Position numbers and translations under genes: made by a program | Notes under the pieces: model-generated | Databases searched by the model: none | The model's input: only the letters and a program-made list of their open reading frames with translations | What the model was told of the DNA's origin: nothing | Assembly: GCF_964355755.1 (NCBI RefSeq) | Contig: NC_092672.1 | Coordinates: 2,046,001-2,110,000, forward strand | Direction of reading: 5' to 3' | DNA length: 64,000 bases | Origin: Antedon mediterranea | Taxonomy: Eukaryota; Animalia; Echinodermata | Shown: positions 50,356-63,774 of the stretch, one piece after another | Position numbering within the stretch: position 1 is the stretch's first letter | Layout of the letters: each line of letters opens with the position of its first letter

Positions 50356-51399
50356 GGGGTGTCACGAAAGCTCAGACCACGAAAGCTCAGACCCCCTAAG
50401 ACCTAAGATCACGAAAGCTAAGACCCAACACCTAAGATTACAAATATTTATCTTTCGCACCTGCCTTGTATTTTAACTCCCAACATTTATTCTGAATACC
50501 ACACCTTAGAATTGGCACTTTCATGAAAAAGAATCACATAAAAAGTAACAAATACATTTTTAAATTGATGATTTTACAGACGTTTTTCTCGCACACAAAA
50601 TGACAGTAGGCCTACCCTATGGGCCATGTTCAATGTTTTTGTTTCTATGGAACGTCAAAAGAGCAAAAATTATATAGAGGGCTGAAAACTCTGTGGAGTC
50701 CATCTACAGTGTGGATGGAACAATGTAAAATTAAAATTGTAATGATAATAGTATAATCATGCAAGTACGAAACTGGCAAATAAATTTTAATTTAAAAATC
50801 ATGATAAGTTTTTTTGTTTCGTTTTCTTTCTGTTTTTATACTTGTACTATTATTGTTGCTCTTTTGGCGCTCCATAGAAACAAAAACATTAAGCATGGGG
50901 AGCTCGAGGAGTTACAATGTCATTACAGTATACAAAGAAACACATCTGTAAAATCATCAATTTAAAAGATTTATTTATTTGTTATTATTTCTCCTTCTGA
51001 AAGTACTTATAAGTCCTAATTTTAAAGTGTGGTGTTGAAATTTGGAGTCAAAATACAAGAAAGGCAGGTGCGTAAGAAAAACATCCTCTGAACCAACACA
51101 ATGGAGTAAATATATACCAACAAACAACCCGTCAAGTTTGTTTGTTGTAAAGAAAAAATATACATTTACTCAACGGGCGAAAATAATGTGAGTTTATCTA
51201 TGTTTTGCGGTAGTATTAAATTATATTTATGGTAATAAATGAAACCTACTGTGTTTAAAATTATGTATGGATAAACAAGTATTGTTTTTAAGCTGTAGTA
51301 TATCTTAGTATTTGTAATCTTAGGTGTTGGGTCTTAGCTTTCGTGATCTTAGGTCTTAGGGGGTCTGAGCTTTCGTGGTCTGAGCTTTCGTGACACCCC
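50356..51399. mobile_element. Foldback-type non-autonomous DNA transposon with 91-bp TIRs and a nested inner inverted repeat
   Basis: 50356-50446 is the reverse complement of 51309-51399 (GGGGTGTCACGAAAGCTCAGACC...). Inner imperfect arms at about 50456-50675 and 50848-51072. Confidence 0.85.
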
Positions 51400-52452
51400 T
51401 GCTTCCATGTTGGCACGCGACAATCAATACTAAAATATGTATAGTTATTTTATAGATATCATTATTCCAATTCAACGTTGAGTGGTTTGACCGACAAATT
51501 AATGATATGTAAAGAATACATAAATAATGATTCCGTCAAAATATGATTATATGATACGAGCACTGTGATTTCCATTATATTGGATAATAAAAGGATCTGT
51601 ATAATAGTATCTGTAAAATCAATAAGGTTATATTGCCTGATAATGCATATAACCTAACAAGTAATTAGGTATACACAATTAAAGCTCTGTCTACACATCA
51701 AACTCGTGTGATGTGCCCAAATATGGTAGTGATATGATTAATGGTAGTGATATGATATCATCATGTCCATATATGGGAACATCATATTTTTTTGTCACAT
51801 AAAGTTTTATAGTGTAGACAGAGCTTACATAGTATAAAACAATTAATAACGAGAGGCAAGCCATGATTCAACGTTTCGATCTTTATTTTGATCATCATCT
51901 GCAGGAACATATTTCTGATAATGACGTAGAATCATGGCTTGCCTCTTCTTATTTGGAGTTAATTTTATACTGTTACTTCAACATTATCAGTGTATCTATT
52001 GGCATACACAATTCGTTCGTGGGACAAAGTGTCCCCTATAATAGAGGTGTTTTAAAGGCGATATTTCTTTTCGTACATAAGTAAAGATAAGGACCCCTCA
52101 TGAAACGTCACAAAATAAACATGAATATTCATTAGTCATATCCAAAAGGTGTGACGTAAGAATTGATCTAACTACAATTCTAATGCAAACTCTTTCCGTC
52201 CTAAAGTTCTACTGTGTAGTGTTTGGTAAGAAGGATGGGGGACCGATCCAAAATAATGTATTCAAATTTGAAACCATGGTCAATCATGTACATATCAACA
52301 AGATTGGTGTGGTTTTATTAATAACCGTCGGATACGCTACTCAATCTAGAAACATTGAAGGGCATTTGTTTAAAGTTGTACAACATTAAAAAAGAAACAG
52401 ATACTGAAAACAAATTACTGATAAAAACATGATTGTATACAATATTGCTCCT

Positions 52453-52885
52453 CTATTTATTTTCTTCGGAAGCCTTTAGTGCACAATTTCTTAAGAACAG
52501 TGCATTATACAGTAAGTTTGGTTATGAAGCCATTATATAAATATTGCATTAAGAAATTACCATTTATCATTTTCTTCGGAAGCCCTTAGGGCACAATTTC
52601 TTAAGAACAGAGCATTATACAGTAAAGTATGGTTATGAAGCCATTATATACATATTGCATTAAGAAATTACCATTTATTATTTTCTTCGGAAGCCCTTAG
52701 GGCACAATTTCTTAAGAACAGAGCATTATACAGTAAAGTATGGTTATGAAGCCATTATATACATATTGCATTAAGAAATTACCATTTATTATTTTCTTCG
52801 GAAGCCCTTAGGGCACAATTTCTTAAGAACAGAGCATTATACAGTGAGTATGGTTATTAAGTCATTATATAAATATTGCATTAAC
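52453..52885. repeat. Tandem repeat, 110-111-bp unit, about 4 copies (copy 2), in the putative KLHL17 3' UTR
   Basis: Homologous to 46504-46935. Confidence 0.92.
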
Positions 52886-53348
52886 AAGAAATTACCATTT
52901 ATTGAAAGCAAGCTAAACACAGTTTGACTTTTCGCACCTATTGTATTGCAGCTAAAATTTATTAATATTAAATTACTTAATTTGGTGCAGTAACATTTAA
53001 ACAAATATTAAATTTTTGTTTTAATATGCCATTTTATTGTCACATAATAGTTTTTCACTTTGACCAAAAACTGGATCTAAAAAAAAAATTATTTGCCTGA
53101 AAAAAAATGTAGTTTAAAGCAAAAAAATACTGATAATAATAATGTTTTTTGGTTAAAATTAAACGTTTCTTTTGTCTTTTTATAAGTGAAATAATTATTT
53201 ATTTATTTTTACAGAAGTGAATAACTTATTAAAACTGCAAATGGCCTATATAAAGTCTGATTTTATTAACCTTCATTTTCCATGTTTTTGGGGGAAAATA
53301 CATTTTTAAACTAGAAAAACATGTAACAGATTATATAAGGCATTGGAT

Positions 53349-56300
53349 TTAGTCCGTTTTGTTTTCTGTAAGTGGATATATCTGAGTGGCTGTGACTCCA
53401 ACACTGCTTCTTCTGGAGCTCATACTGGTAAGAACCTTCCATCGTCTCGTCACTGGATTGTAGCGTTCGACACCGTTTAGGCTACTGCTACCGTCGTTGC
53501 CACCAATCACGTACAAATGACCTTTTAACGCCACAGCGTCGTGTGTGCTTCTAAAATTATATTAAAATTTATACATAATTATTAATTACAAAGGAGAAAC
53601 ATTATTCCCACTCTGTAATAACACTGAACCCATGTAATATTGAATATCGAAACGTGGCAGGCTATAGGCGCTTGACCTTTGACAAGATCGCCTAAAATTT
53701 ATAATTTAAAACTACAATACTTAGTATTGTATATTAAGGAATAGCTGCTCCATAGTCTCTTTGCTTTTCTTCCTTATATCTTATTAACTAAAATGTTTAT
53801 ACTAACAAACATTGCTATTAATATGCCTAGTGTGTAAACATTATTGACATAATTTCATTAAACATCGACACAGTACAACTCTTCTTAACAAAATGTTTTC
53901 AATCTTCTATCAACTAAAAGTCGTAGTTAGTCATGTCTCGGGTCACATTCTATGGTCACCGTACAGATAGGCTACTACATCAGTACTTCTATGAATGTTG
54001 GTGACAAGAACGCTAGTTGGTCATACCCAGTACCGTTTTGACTTTACAAATCATTCGGGAAACCACCCCACGACGAGTAAACATGAAGCATCTGTGGAAG
54101 CATTATGATTATGATGCTGGCTTTGTCAGTGGAATGAGGTCATTTATTTTTATCACACAATCAATTTATGGAACGATATAAGCTATGCTAAGCTGAACAT
54201 TGTAATAATTATAGACCAAGGATTTTGTGTTATCTTTGTTTGTATCTTTCAATTTTATTATTCCCATTTCCATTATAAACATCAATATACACATCATGTA
54301 CACCACCAAAATTACAAGTGAGAATCAATATCATAAGTAAAGGCATTTAATGAAAATGCAGACCATCTTAAAATTACATGACATGTTTCGTGAAATCTAA
54401 TCTCATCGTCAGAACTATGGTATGGTATCGGTGAATGTTTCTATTTTGAAAGCAATTATAATGAATTAGTTTAAAATAAAAATTAGGTTGATAATTGTTT
54501 TGATAATTCCATGTTTATATCAACCATGTAATGAAAACCTGGAACAATACTACAGCCAATTCTCCTAATTCTAATTCTCTTTGAAAACCGGAAACTCTCC
54601 CAATATCAAACTTTTCTTGAAGACCAAAAGGTCCCAAATCCTTTGTTACCATTAAAAACACATTCCGAATACCAGACTTTCCAGAAAAACCAGACATATT
54701 TGGCCGGCCCAAAGGTGTCCAGTATTGAGAGAGTTGACTGTACTAACCTTCTTGTTGTCATCGGCGTTACAGGCTCCCACATATTAATATCTTGGTTAAA
54801 CCTCTCAGCACTATTTAAACATGATGCACCATCATTGCCTCCCACCACATACAGAACATCTTCAACAACTGCAACTCCCATGCTACTTCTTCTGTTGTTC
54901 ATGTTTTGAATTGCAACCCATGTGTTAGTCACTGGACAGTACTTCTCAACACTGGATAAATGTGTGGAACCATCATATCCACCAACCGCCCATAGAAAAC
55001 CATCTTAAGAAGAAGAACAGATGAGCTAGTTAGCCTTTTAAGTACATCCTAGTCTACAGTGGCAAACCTAGTTAGCCATTAAGTACATCCGAGTCTACAC
55101 TGCACTGGCTAACCTAGTTAGCCATTAAGTACATCCTAGTCTACACTGCACTGGCAAACCTAGTTAGCCATTAAGTACATCCTAGTCTACACTGCACTGG
55201 CAAACCTAGTTATCCATTAAGTACATCCTAGTCTACACTGCACTGGCAAACCTAGTTATCCATTAAGTACATCCTAGTCTACACTGCACTGTCAAACCTA
55301 GTTATCCATTAAGTACATCCTAGTCTACACTCCACTGGCAAACCTAGTTATCCATTAAGTACATCCTAGTCTACACTACACTGGCTAACCTAGTTATCCA
55401 TTAAGTACATCCTAGTCTACACTGCACTGGCAAACCTAGTTATCCATTAAGTACATCCTAGTCTACACTGCACTGGCTAACCTAGTTATCCATTAAGTAC
55501 ATCCTAGTCTACACTGCACTGGCAAACCTAGTTAGCCATTAAGTACATCCTAGTCTACACTCCACTGGCAAACCTAGTTATCCATTAAGTACATCCTAGT
55601 CTACACTGCACTGGCAAACCTAGTTAGCCATTAAATACAACCTAGTCTACACTGCACTGGCAAACCTAGTTAGCCATTAAGTACATCCTAGTCTACACTA
55701 CACTGGCTAACCTAGTTATCCATTAAGTACATCCTAGTCTACACTGCACTGGCAAACCTAGTTAGCCATTAAGTACATCCTAGTCTACACTGCACTGGCT
55801 AACCTAGTTATCCATTAAGTACATCCTAGTCTACACTGCACTGGCAAACCTAGTTAGCCATTAAATACAACCTAGTCTACACTGCACTGGCAAACCTAGT
55901 TATCCATTAAGTACATCCTAGTTTACACTGCACTGGCTAACCTAGTTATCCATTAAGTACATCCTAGTCTACACTGCACTGGCTAACCTAGTTAGCCATT
56001 AAGTATATCCTAGTAGTCTACACTGCACTGGCTAACCTAGTTATCCATTAAGTACATCATAGTCTACACTGCACTGGCAAACCTAGTTATCCATTAAGTA
56101 CATCCTAGTCTACACTGCACTGGCAAACCTAGTTATCCATTAAGTACATCATAGTCTACACTGCACTGGCAAACCTAGTTATCCATTAAGTACATCCTAG
56201 TCTACACTGCACTGGCAAACCTAGTTATCCATTAAGTACATCCTAGTCTACACTGCACTGTCAAACCTAGTTATCCATTAAGTACATCCTAGTCTACACT

Positions 56301-59300
56301 GCACTGGCAAACCTAGTTATCCATTAAGTACATCCTAGTCTACACTGCACTGGCAAACCTAGTTAGCCATTAAGTACATCCTAGTCTACACTGCACTGGC
56401 AAACCTAGTTATCCATTAAGTACATCATAGTCTACACTGCACTGGCAAACCTAGTTATCCATTAAGTACATCCTAGTCTACACTGCACTGGCAAACCTAG
56501 TTATCCATTAAGTACATCCTAGTCTACACTGCACTGTCAAACCTAGTTATCCATTAAGTACATCCTAGTCTACACTGCACTGGCAAACCTAGTTATCCAT
56601 TAAGTACATCCTAGTCTACACTGCACTGGCAAACCTAGTTATCCATTAAGTACAACCTAGTCTACACTGCACTGGCAAACCTAGTTATCCATTAAGTACA
56701 TCCTAGTCTACACTGCACTGGCTAACCTAGTTAGCCATTAAGTACATCCTAGTCTACACTGGCAAACCTAGTTATCCATTAAGTACATCATAGTCTACAC
56801 TGGCAAACCTAGTTATCCATTAGGTACATCATAGTCTACACTGGCAAAACTAGTTAGCCATTTAAGTACATTTTAGTCTACACTGCACTGAGCATTGAGC
56901 AAACACTGAGTTTGTCATGAAGTGATTTTTCAAAATTTGCTAGAGTAGACCAGTTGATAAACTTTGGCAAACTACACTAGCAAACTTTAGGGAGCATTTC
57001 TCAGTTTGCAAACAAAAATTGGTATTATTAATATACACATGATATCCTGAATCTTAAATTAAAACATTTATTTTTGAACTGACTGCAGTTTTACACGTTT
57101 TAAAATTTACTGCTTTAAACTGGTTGTTATGATAGTAACAATGTGCAGGTCTTTATGCTAGTATTACACAAAGGAACGTACTGTTGTTATATGCCTGCAT
57201 TATGATCACCATGCCTTTTAGCTTTTTGCTTATTTTATTTTGTATATCCATTGAGATCCAGCCACTGATAACCACAGCATTATCATTTAATCAGTAATTT
57301 GCCTTTGGATTTATATTATAAATTATAAAATAATAAACAGGCACAGAACAAATTCTAAATTGGTGATGTACTGAAAATTAATTAATTTAGAAATGATAAT
57401 GATGAGAAAGACAAAGTCGCTCCATTAACCATTATGAAAATAGCGATCACCACCAAAATATATTCTAAGGTTTTCCCCAATCGTACAAGCAACAAAATAA
57501 CACAACATTTTCATTCTGCACATGCTCAGAAACATATGTACACATGCAAATTTACTGTTATTTCAACATGATTATCCAAAATCTACAAAGTTTTTTGACC
57601 AAGTTGGATTTTCTCTTGCTAGATACAAGTACTGTTTCACCTTCTCTCTTATCTATAAATTAAAGTTTGCAATGCACAATGCATACAAATAGATAACTAG
57701 TGTAAAAATATCACACAAGCTGCTTTGGAGTTAAAAAGTGATTATTACAACAAAAACATTTGTCATATTGTAATGAAATGTAGTAGTAGAAACAGTTTTA
57801 ATAGTACACAGAGCAGAAACATAAGAAACAAACACATAATTAAAAGAAAGTCTACAATAATTTCTGAAATCAATGAATTAATGAATTTTTCAACACCACC
57901 TGTAGCTGGGAGGCAAGGTACACCTCCCTGAGTAAACTGAACGACTACAGCTGTTTTGTTTCACCATTTGCAAGCCTCTAAATAATGCATTGTTTGTCTA
58001 ATAAATTAACACAATGTTATAACATTACATTGACACCTGTTTAATTTCATGGTGATGCATAGACAGAGAATTCCAAAGCTTGGTAACATTTGCCACTAAT
58101 GTTATAACACACGAGAAAGCAGGCAGATCTTCAAAAGAACCAATCAGCTTGGGCTTAAACATTATGGAATCAAAGGTTCAACTACATACAAAGGTATTCA
58201 GAATAAAGAGGTGGGGAAAATGGGGATGAAGGGGTGGGGAAAATGGGGATAAAAGGGTGGGGAAAATGGCAATGAAAGGGCGGGGAAAATGGGGACGAAG
58301 GGGTGGGAAAATGGGAATGAAGGGGGGGGGGGCAAAATGGGAATGAAGGGGTGGGAAAAATGGGGTTGAAGGGTTGGGGAAAATGGGGATGAAAGGTTGT
58401 GAAAATGTGAAAAAAAACCTTCTCAAAGCACTTCTCACTGCGGAAAATGCCATTTCTTTTTTCTTCTTGAAATCCATTCCCTACCAAACCAAACATGATT
58501 CAAAACCGAATTACCCAAAATGCAATTGGTCCTGGCGGTTAATTCAAATGTTTGAAAAAAAAAGTTTGGAACTGAAGCTTGCGATTATTACAGACCAGTG
58601 CATATCAGCTAATTAATGTAAATAGCACACATATCAAGCAAACAATATCAAAGGGTTCATTTTACAATCACAAATATTAATGATTTTACTTCAGTCGACA
58701 GTACACAGAAATATAGTGCACGGACTGTGAAACATCCCACACCTCACTACAGTACTTTGATATTTGTTTCAACAAATATATACCCCAGGCATTAACTGAA
58801 CTACTTAACATGGGTGTGTGCACTGACAGGAATTGTGGAAAGAGTGGAATGGGTGAATCCGACAGAGGGACAAGAATTAACATAACAACAAATTAATTAA
58901 TACACTTATGTATACAGTAATATTTTGGTATCCTCAAACCAACTAAAGAACACTAGAGGTTATCTAGATGTGTTATAGAGGGCGAAATAACAGCAGTCAT
59001 TGTGTGATTTGTGCTTGATTTTCAAACTTTTTTTTAAGACAAAATAACTGTCCTTGTATTTATAAGCATTATATATTAAATTTTACATTTAGAAATGATC
59101 ATGGTGGAAGGGAGTTTAGGAAGACAGCGTGAAATTTTGTGGAATAAATTGCCAATCGACATAAAGACATCTGAAAACATCAACACTTTCAAAACACGAC
59201 TAAAAACCCATTTTTACACAGAGGCATTTCCTGCCTAACTTTGTCAAGCGCCTTTGAACATTATCATGGATACTGGCGCTATATAAATCTGATTGATTGA

Positions 59301-62300
59301 TTGATTGATTGAAAGGAAGAATGAGTAAGTACCAGGAGCAGGTTAATTGAGGGAGGATGGTTAAAGCAGAAAACCACAACTTACCTAAAACTGCAACTTT
59401 AACATATCTTCTTCGGGTTGCCATAGCAGCAACTGAGGTCCACGTATTTGTTAACGGATCATACCTTTCAGCACTGTTTAAACACGAAGCACCATCGTAA
59501 CCACCAATCGCGTACAGAAGACCGTTAAGGACAGCGACACCAAGACAGCTCCTACGGGTTCCCATTGATGAACATTCTGTCCACGTGTTAAGTTTTGGGT
59601 TATAACACTCCACAACAGACAGATCCCCAGAACCATCATACCTACAGTAGTAGTAATTAGCAGTTGTTGAAGAAATAACCTAGTTAGCCAAAATACACCG
59701 TACGATGATTTAGAAAACGCATTTCATACAAAATTATTGCATTCATTTAAATAAATTAAGTTTCTATTTGTTAGTGTCATCTGATAATGAACAGAACATT
59801 AGTTAAATATGTTTATCTTAAATATTGATAAAAGGAAAAAAAAATGGTTTGGTTAGCAGTCAACTCTCCCAAATCCAGACTTTTCTTGAGGTCAATAAGG
59901 TCCCAATTCAATTTTTCACATTTTCACATTCCGACCAGATTTTCTAGAACACCATACATACTACGCCATCTGTCCATGTGGTATTGAGAGAGGTGGCTGT
60001 ACAGTAGTAGCACAGTACAATAGCCATGGTCTATATTTATGATTCAATTAGAGACAGAAATACAATGCATTTGACCACTGTTAAATGTTTATTGATGAAC
60101 ACACGACTTTAAGGTTTATCCCACACTTACCCACCAACAGCATAAATACAACGATTAACAGCGGCCACTCCCAGTCTGGCTCTACGTACGTTCATCGGTG
60201 CGATACTGAACCATGAGTCATTACGGGGATCAAAACATTCACACTCGTTGTGAATAGCAAAGAGACTACCGCCCCCTATCATAAAGAAATAGTAAATAGT
60301 TAGTTTGCTTTGTCTCAAAATTCAGAATCCAAAAGATAAAAAATCAGACATTTTGTAAAATCTTTGGGAGTCTCATTTCAGGTCAATTAAGGTAAGAGTT
60401 CTAGTTATAAGTTTTACTTACATTTTCAATATTCATTTCATTTTTTCATTTCATTTCATTTATTTCGTCTCACATAAATATAACAAAAAAATAACAAACA
60501 ATAGAGAGAGACCGGATTCCCAAAAGCGAAATAAATCAAACTATCAAGTGGGTCTCCAGCAAAACAAAATCATCCAACAATAAAATACAAAATTACAACA
60601 CTAAAAACAATGTGAAGATTAAAAAGTACAAAATATCTATACAAAAGTTACCCAAGACATTATTTTTATTATTATTATTATTATTACTGTTATAATTATC
60701 ACAGATTCTATGGTCTATATTTCAACGTATTGTACATCTTAATAACAGCACATATTATGGACACAAAAGAAATGAAATGCTATTTATCAGGAAAAAATAT
60801 TTTTCGAGACAATGGTACTATGATTTATAATAGTTCATTATTATTTATCTAATAAGGCACTAATTGTATAATATTTACTCATCCCACCACACTGTCCAAA
60901 ATACTGACACATACCAACAGAAAACAGGACCGTAATCATCTTAGTGTTTTGCCGTTGTCGTGTGCGAACGGATTGTAACGAGGTACGTTGTTCGGGCAGT
61001 AAATGATACTTCATCGCCTCTATTAACAAGTCTTTACACTCTAAGCTTGACTGTACAGCGTCTTCTTTCTCTACGTTCATGACCAGGAACTCTCGCGATA
61101 GCAGAGGCAGCCGGACCTGTCGCAAGAGCTTTAAAAACATTAATATCATACATTTAGGTTGATTTAATCTGTTAAGCTCTGTCTACACTATTAAAAAAGT
61201 GTGATGTGCCCAAATATGGTAGTAATATGACATCATCATGTCCATATGGGCATATCACATTTTTTGTCACATAAAGTTTTATAGTGTAGACAGAGCTTTA
61301 ACAAGACAAATATAAAGATTCTCAAATAAATAAGCAGAGTATGACTTTTCATGTATAACTCTATAAATCTTCTTTCAACTAACAAAGTTGAAGAGAGGAT
61401 GCTAGTTGACCTAACCCATTTCGCAAGACAGCTTGTTTAGCAGACACATGTAAAACTGGGCTTTCAATTCGTGGAACCTCAAGTGTGTTATTTTGTCTGA
61501 CAACATACCTTTGCTATATACTGTTTTCTTTCTGTTTGGTTATAGTTAATCCACAGCATTGCAGCATTAAAAATGTCTTCTTCGTTTGAAATATTTACTT
61601 CCTCGTTCCCCATAAGTTCTTCAACCTAAAACAGAAATTTTTATTTTTAAAAATTTATTAAACTTTGTTTAATTAAGGTGAGAACATGACCTGACATACG
61701 AAAGCGGAAAGAGTTGTTTCTATTGGTTACTGGATGTCACATGATAAACAGAATGCATTGGCTTTGAGTAATTACCTCTGATAATGGCAAGTGAGTGTAT
61801 TCCTCAGAATTTACGACTTCATTGAATTTACGTAGAACAAAGTCGTGTGCATAGCGGTAGAGGTCGTGGCAAGCATGAGTATCGGCAAAGCGTCGTATAC
61901 CGAGACAATTAGAAGGTTCTAGCTGCGACAGCAGGTACTTGGAACAGGCATCGTGGACGCTGTGTAGTTGGAGGAGGTTAGCGGCTGGAAGAAGAGACTA
62001 GGATACAAAGAGAACAAAGGTGATCACTACATTTTAACTAGAAGAGTCATTACAAACAATGTGAAAAGGTGACATAATTCAATGTTGAAAAATCATACAT
62101 TATTAATAATATGAGTAAAAAAAAATATATGGTAAAAATAAATTGGGTAAGACTATTTTTTCAAGACAGGCTGCAAAACGAAATTGAGAATATAAATACA
62201 GTAGTGACTGAATCGTAGGACTACTTACCTGAACGTTCTTTTCACTGATAACAATCTCAGCAGTATATGCAAATTGAATCAATTTAGCAACAGCTTCTGA

Positions 62301-63079
62301 ATCTATGTCATGAAGTGTAACCTCTGACTTATGACATTCACTCATATTATCTGACAAGAGAATGGAAAGAATTGTAGACAATCAAATTCACTATGCTTTA
62401 AATTGATATTTAACAAATATTTTTAAAGCTCTGTATACACTATCAAACTAGTTTGACACAAGAAGTGTGATGTCCCCAAATATGGTAGTAATATGCCCAA
62501 ATATGGTAGTGATATGCCCAAATATGGTAGTAATATGCCCAAATATGGTAGTAATATGCCCAAATATGGTAGTGATATGACATCATCATGTCCATATATG
62601 GGCTCATCACATTTTTTTGTGACATCAAGTTTTATATTGTAGATAGAGTTTTAGAACTGTAATAACATACTAATATAATTTCATTTCAAAGTTAAATAAC
62701 AAAGTAGAAACACCTGGGATGCAAACTGTATTCAGGGGACACTTTCCTGTGAAATATGTTTTAACACTCAGAAAAAATCCCTAGGGCACTTTGTTTTGTT
62801 TGCAAGGTGTCCGCTAATAAGCTCTCTACAGTAATACTTTTTACAGAAATATGAGGTACACTCATGGAAAAAATTACACTTACTGGTAAACATTGCATGG
62901 AAGTATGGACTGCAAGAGGCTAGTACCAATTTGTGACCTCTGATCTCTTGACCTCCGACATTCAATGTGATGTCACATAGCAGATTGCTGTGTCGCATCT
63001 TATTCATGGCAATGAATGCATCGTTTGTGTGTTTTGCTGAATGGTGCAAGACACAGCCGTCTGCTACTTTTTTGGCCAT
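53349..63079 (-). CDS. KLHL17: Kelch-like protein 17 (actinfilin), BTB-BACK-6xKelch, 576 aa, 9 exons
   Basis: Exons on the minus strand: 63079-62884, 62350-62229, 61997-61776, 61625-61509, 61128-60915, 60275-60131, 59641-59385, 55003-54748, 53550-53349, all GT-AG and in phase. BTB HKLVLASCSPYFHAMFT, BACK VRLPLL. KLHL17-type Kelch strings GGGSLFAIH, MGTRRSCLGVA, GGYDGASCLNSAERYDPLT, RRSTHD, GGNDGSSSLN. Confidence 0.93.
55025..56890. repeat. Minisatellite, 46-bp unit, about 40 copies, in KLHL17 intron 7
   Basis: Unit AAACCTAGTTATCCATTAAGTACATCCTAGTCTACACTGCACTGGC with minor variants and no spacers. Confidence 0.97.
58209..58400 (+). repeat. G-rich minisatellite (about 22-bp unit GGGGAAAATGGGGATGAAGGGGT)
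   Basis: Repeated G3-G4 tracts. Confidence 0.85.
59100..59312 (+). mobile_element. L2-type LINE 3' end
   Basis: LWNKLPIDIKTSENINTFKTRLKTHFYTEAF-like ORF end, AAGCGCC...GGCGCT stem, and a (GATT)n tail. Confidence 0.75.
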
Positions 63080-63774
63080 GGTTTAACTCACAACAGTGAT
63101 TGCTCACAACAGTGACATAATAAGGTCTGACTGCTTTTTGAAATCTTGAATAAATCTATTTAAAAAATGATTTTACTTTAGAGGAGTATTGAATTGGGAT
63201 TGTGTATACAGATTATCTCTACCAGTGTAAACAGAGCCTAAGAAGCTGTCTCAAATGTGTAACTTTATATATCAGTGTAAACAGAGCCTAAGAAGCTGTC
63301 TCAAATGTGTAACTTTATAATATATCAGTGTAGACATAGCCTAAGATGTTGTCTCAAATTTCCTCACAGTAATTTTAATTGGATCATGGGTTTGGTTCAA
63401 TTACTACAAATTCATTTATAAATTAGCTTTCAGGTCACTGCTCGTCATGCACTGCTGTATGCAATAAAATATAAAGAAGCGTTAGTTAAAACTTATATGC
63501 TGATAAAAAGAGTTTTAATGAAGGCACGGACGCAGCCATTTTGGTTTTGGTCTTGGCTATTTTTTGTTTCTAGGCTGAGTGAGGCTAGAAGCTTTTCTCT
63601 ATTTTATTGTAACCATATTTAGAGGGTGATCCATCCAGCAGTTGCTGAACATTTACACAAAAAACAACAAAAACAGAAAAGTAAAAAAAAAAAAAAATTT
63701 TTTTAAATAAATAAAAATAAATTACATGAGAAAAAAAAATCTGAAAAAGAAAATTTGGAATATATCTATCTATT

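Larger units (their letters stand above)
40438..54781. repeat. Tandem segmental duplication (copy 1 about 40438-48850, copy 2 about 48857-54781)
   Basis: Collinear homologous blocks: 40438-40770/48857-49200, 44719-45155/49234-49685, 45785-45870/49705-49800, 46280-47730/52205-53640, 48005-48850/54078-54781. Confidence 0.9.

Noticed and set aside
55025-56890. Long regular arrays (also 13513-14487 and 15777-16250) as CRISPR-like loci
   Set aside because: The units abut with no unique spacers, there are no cas genes, and the context is a eukaryotic intron.
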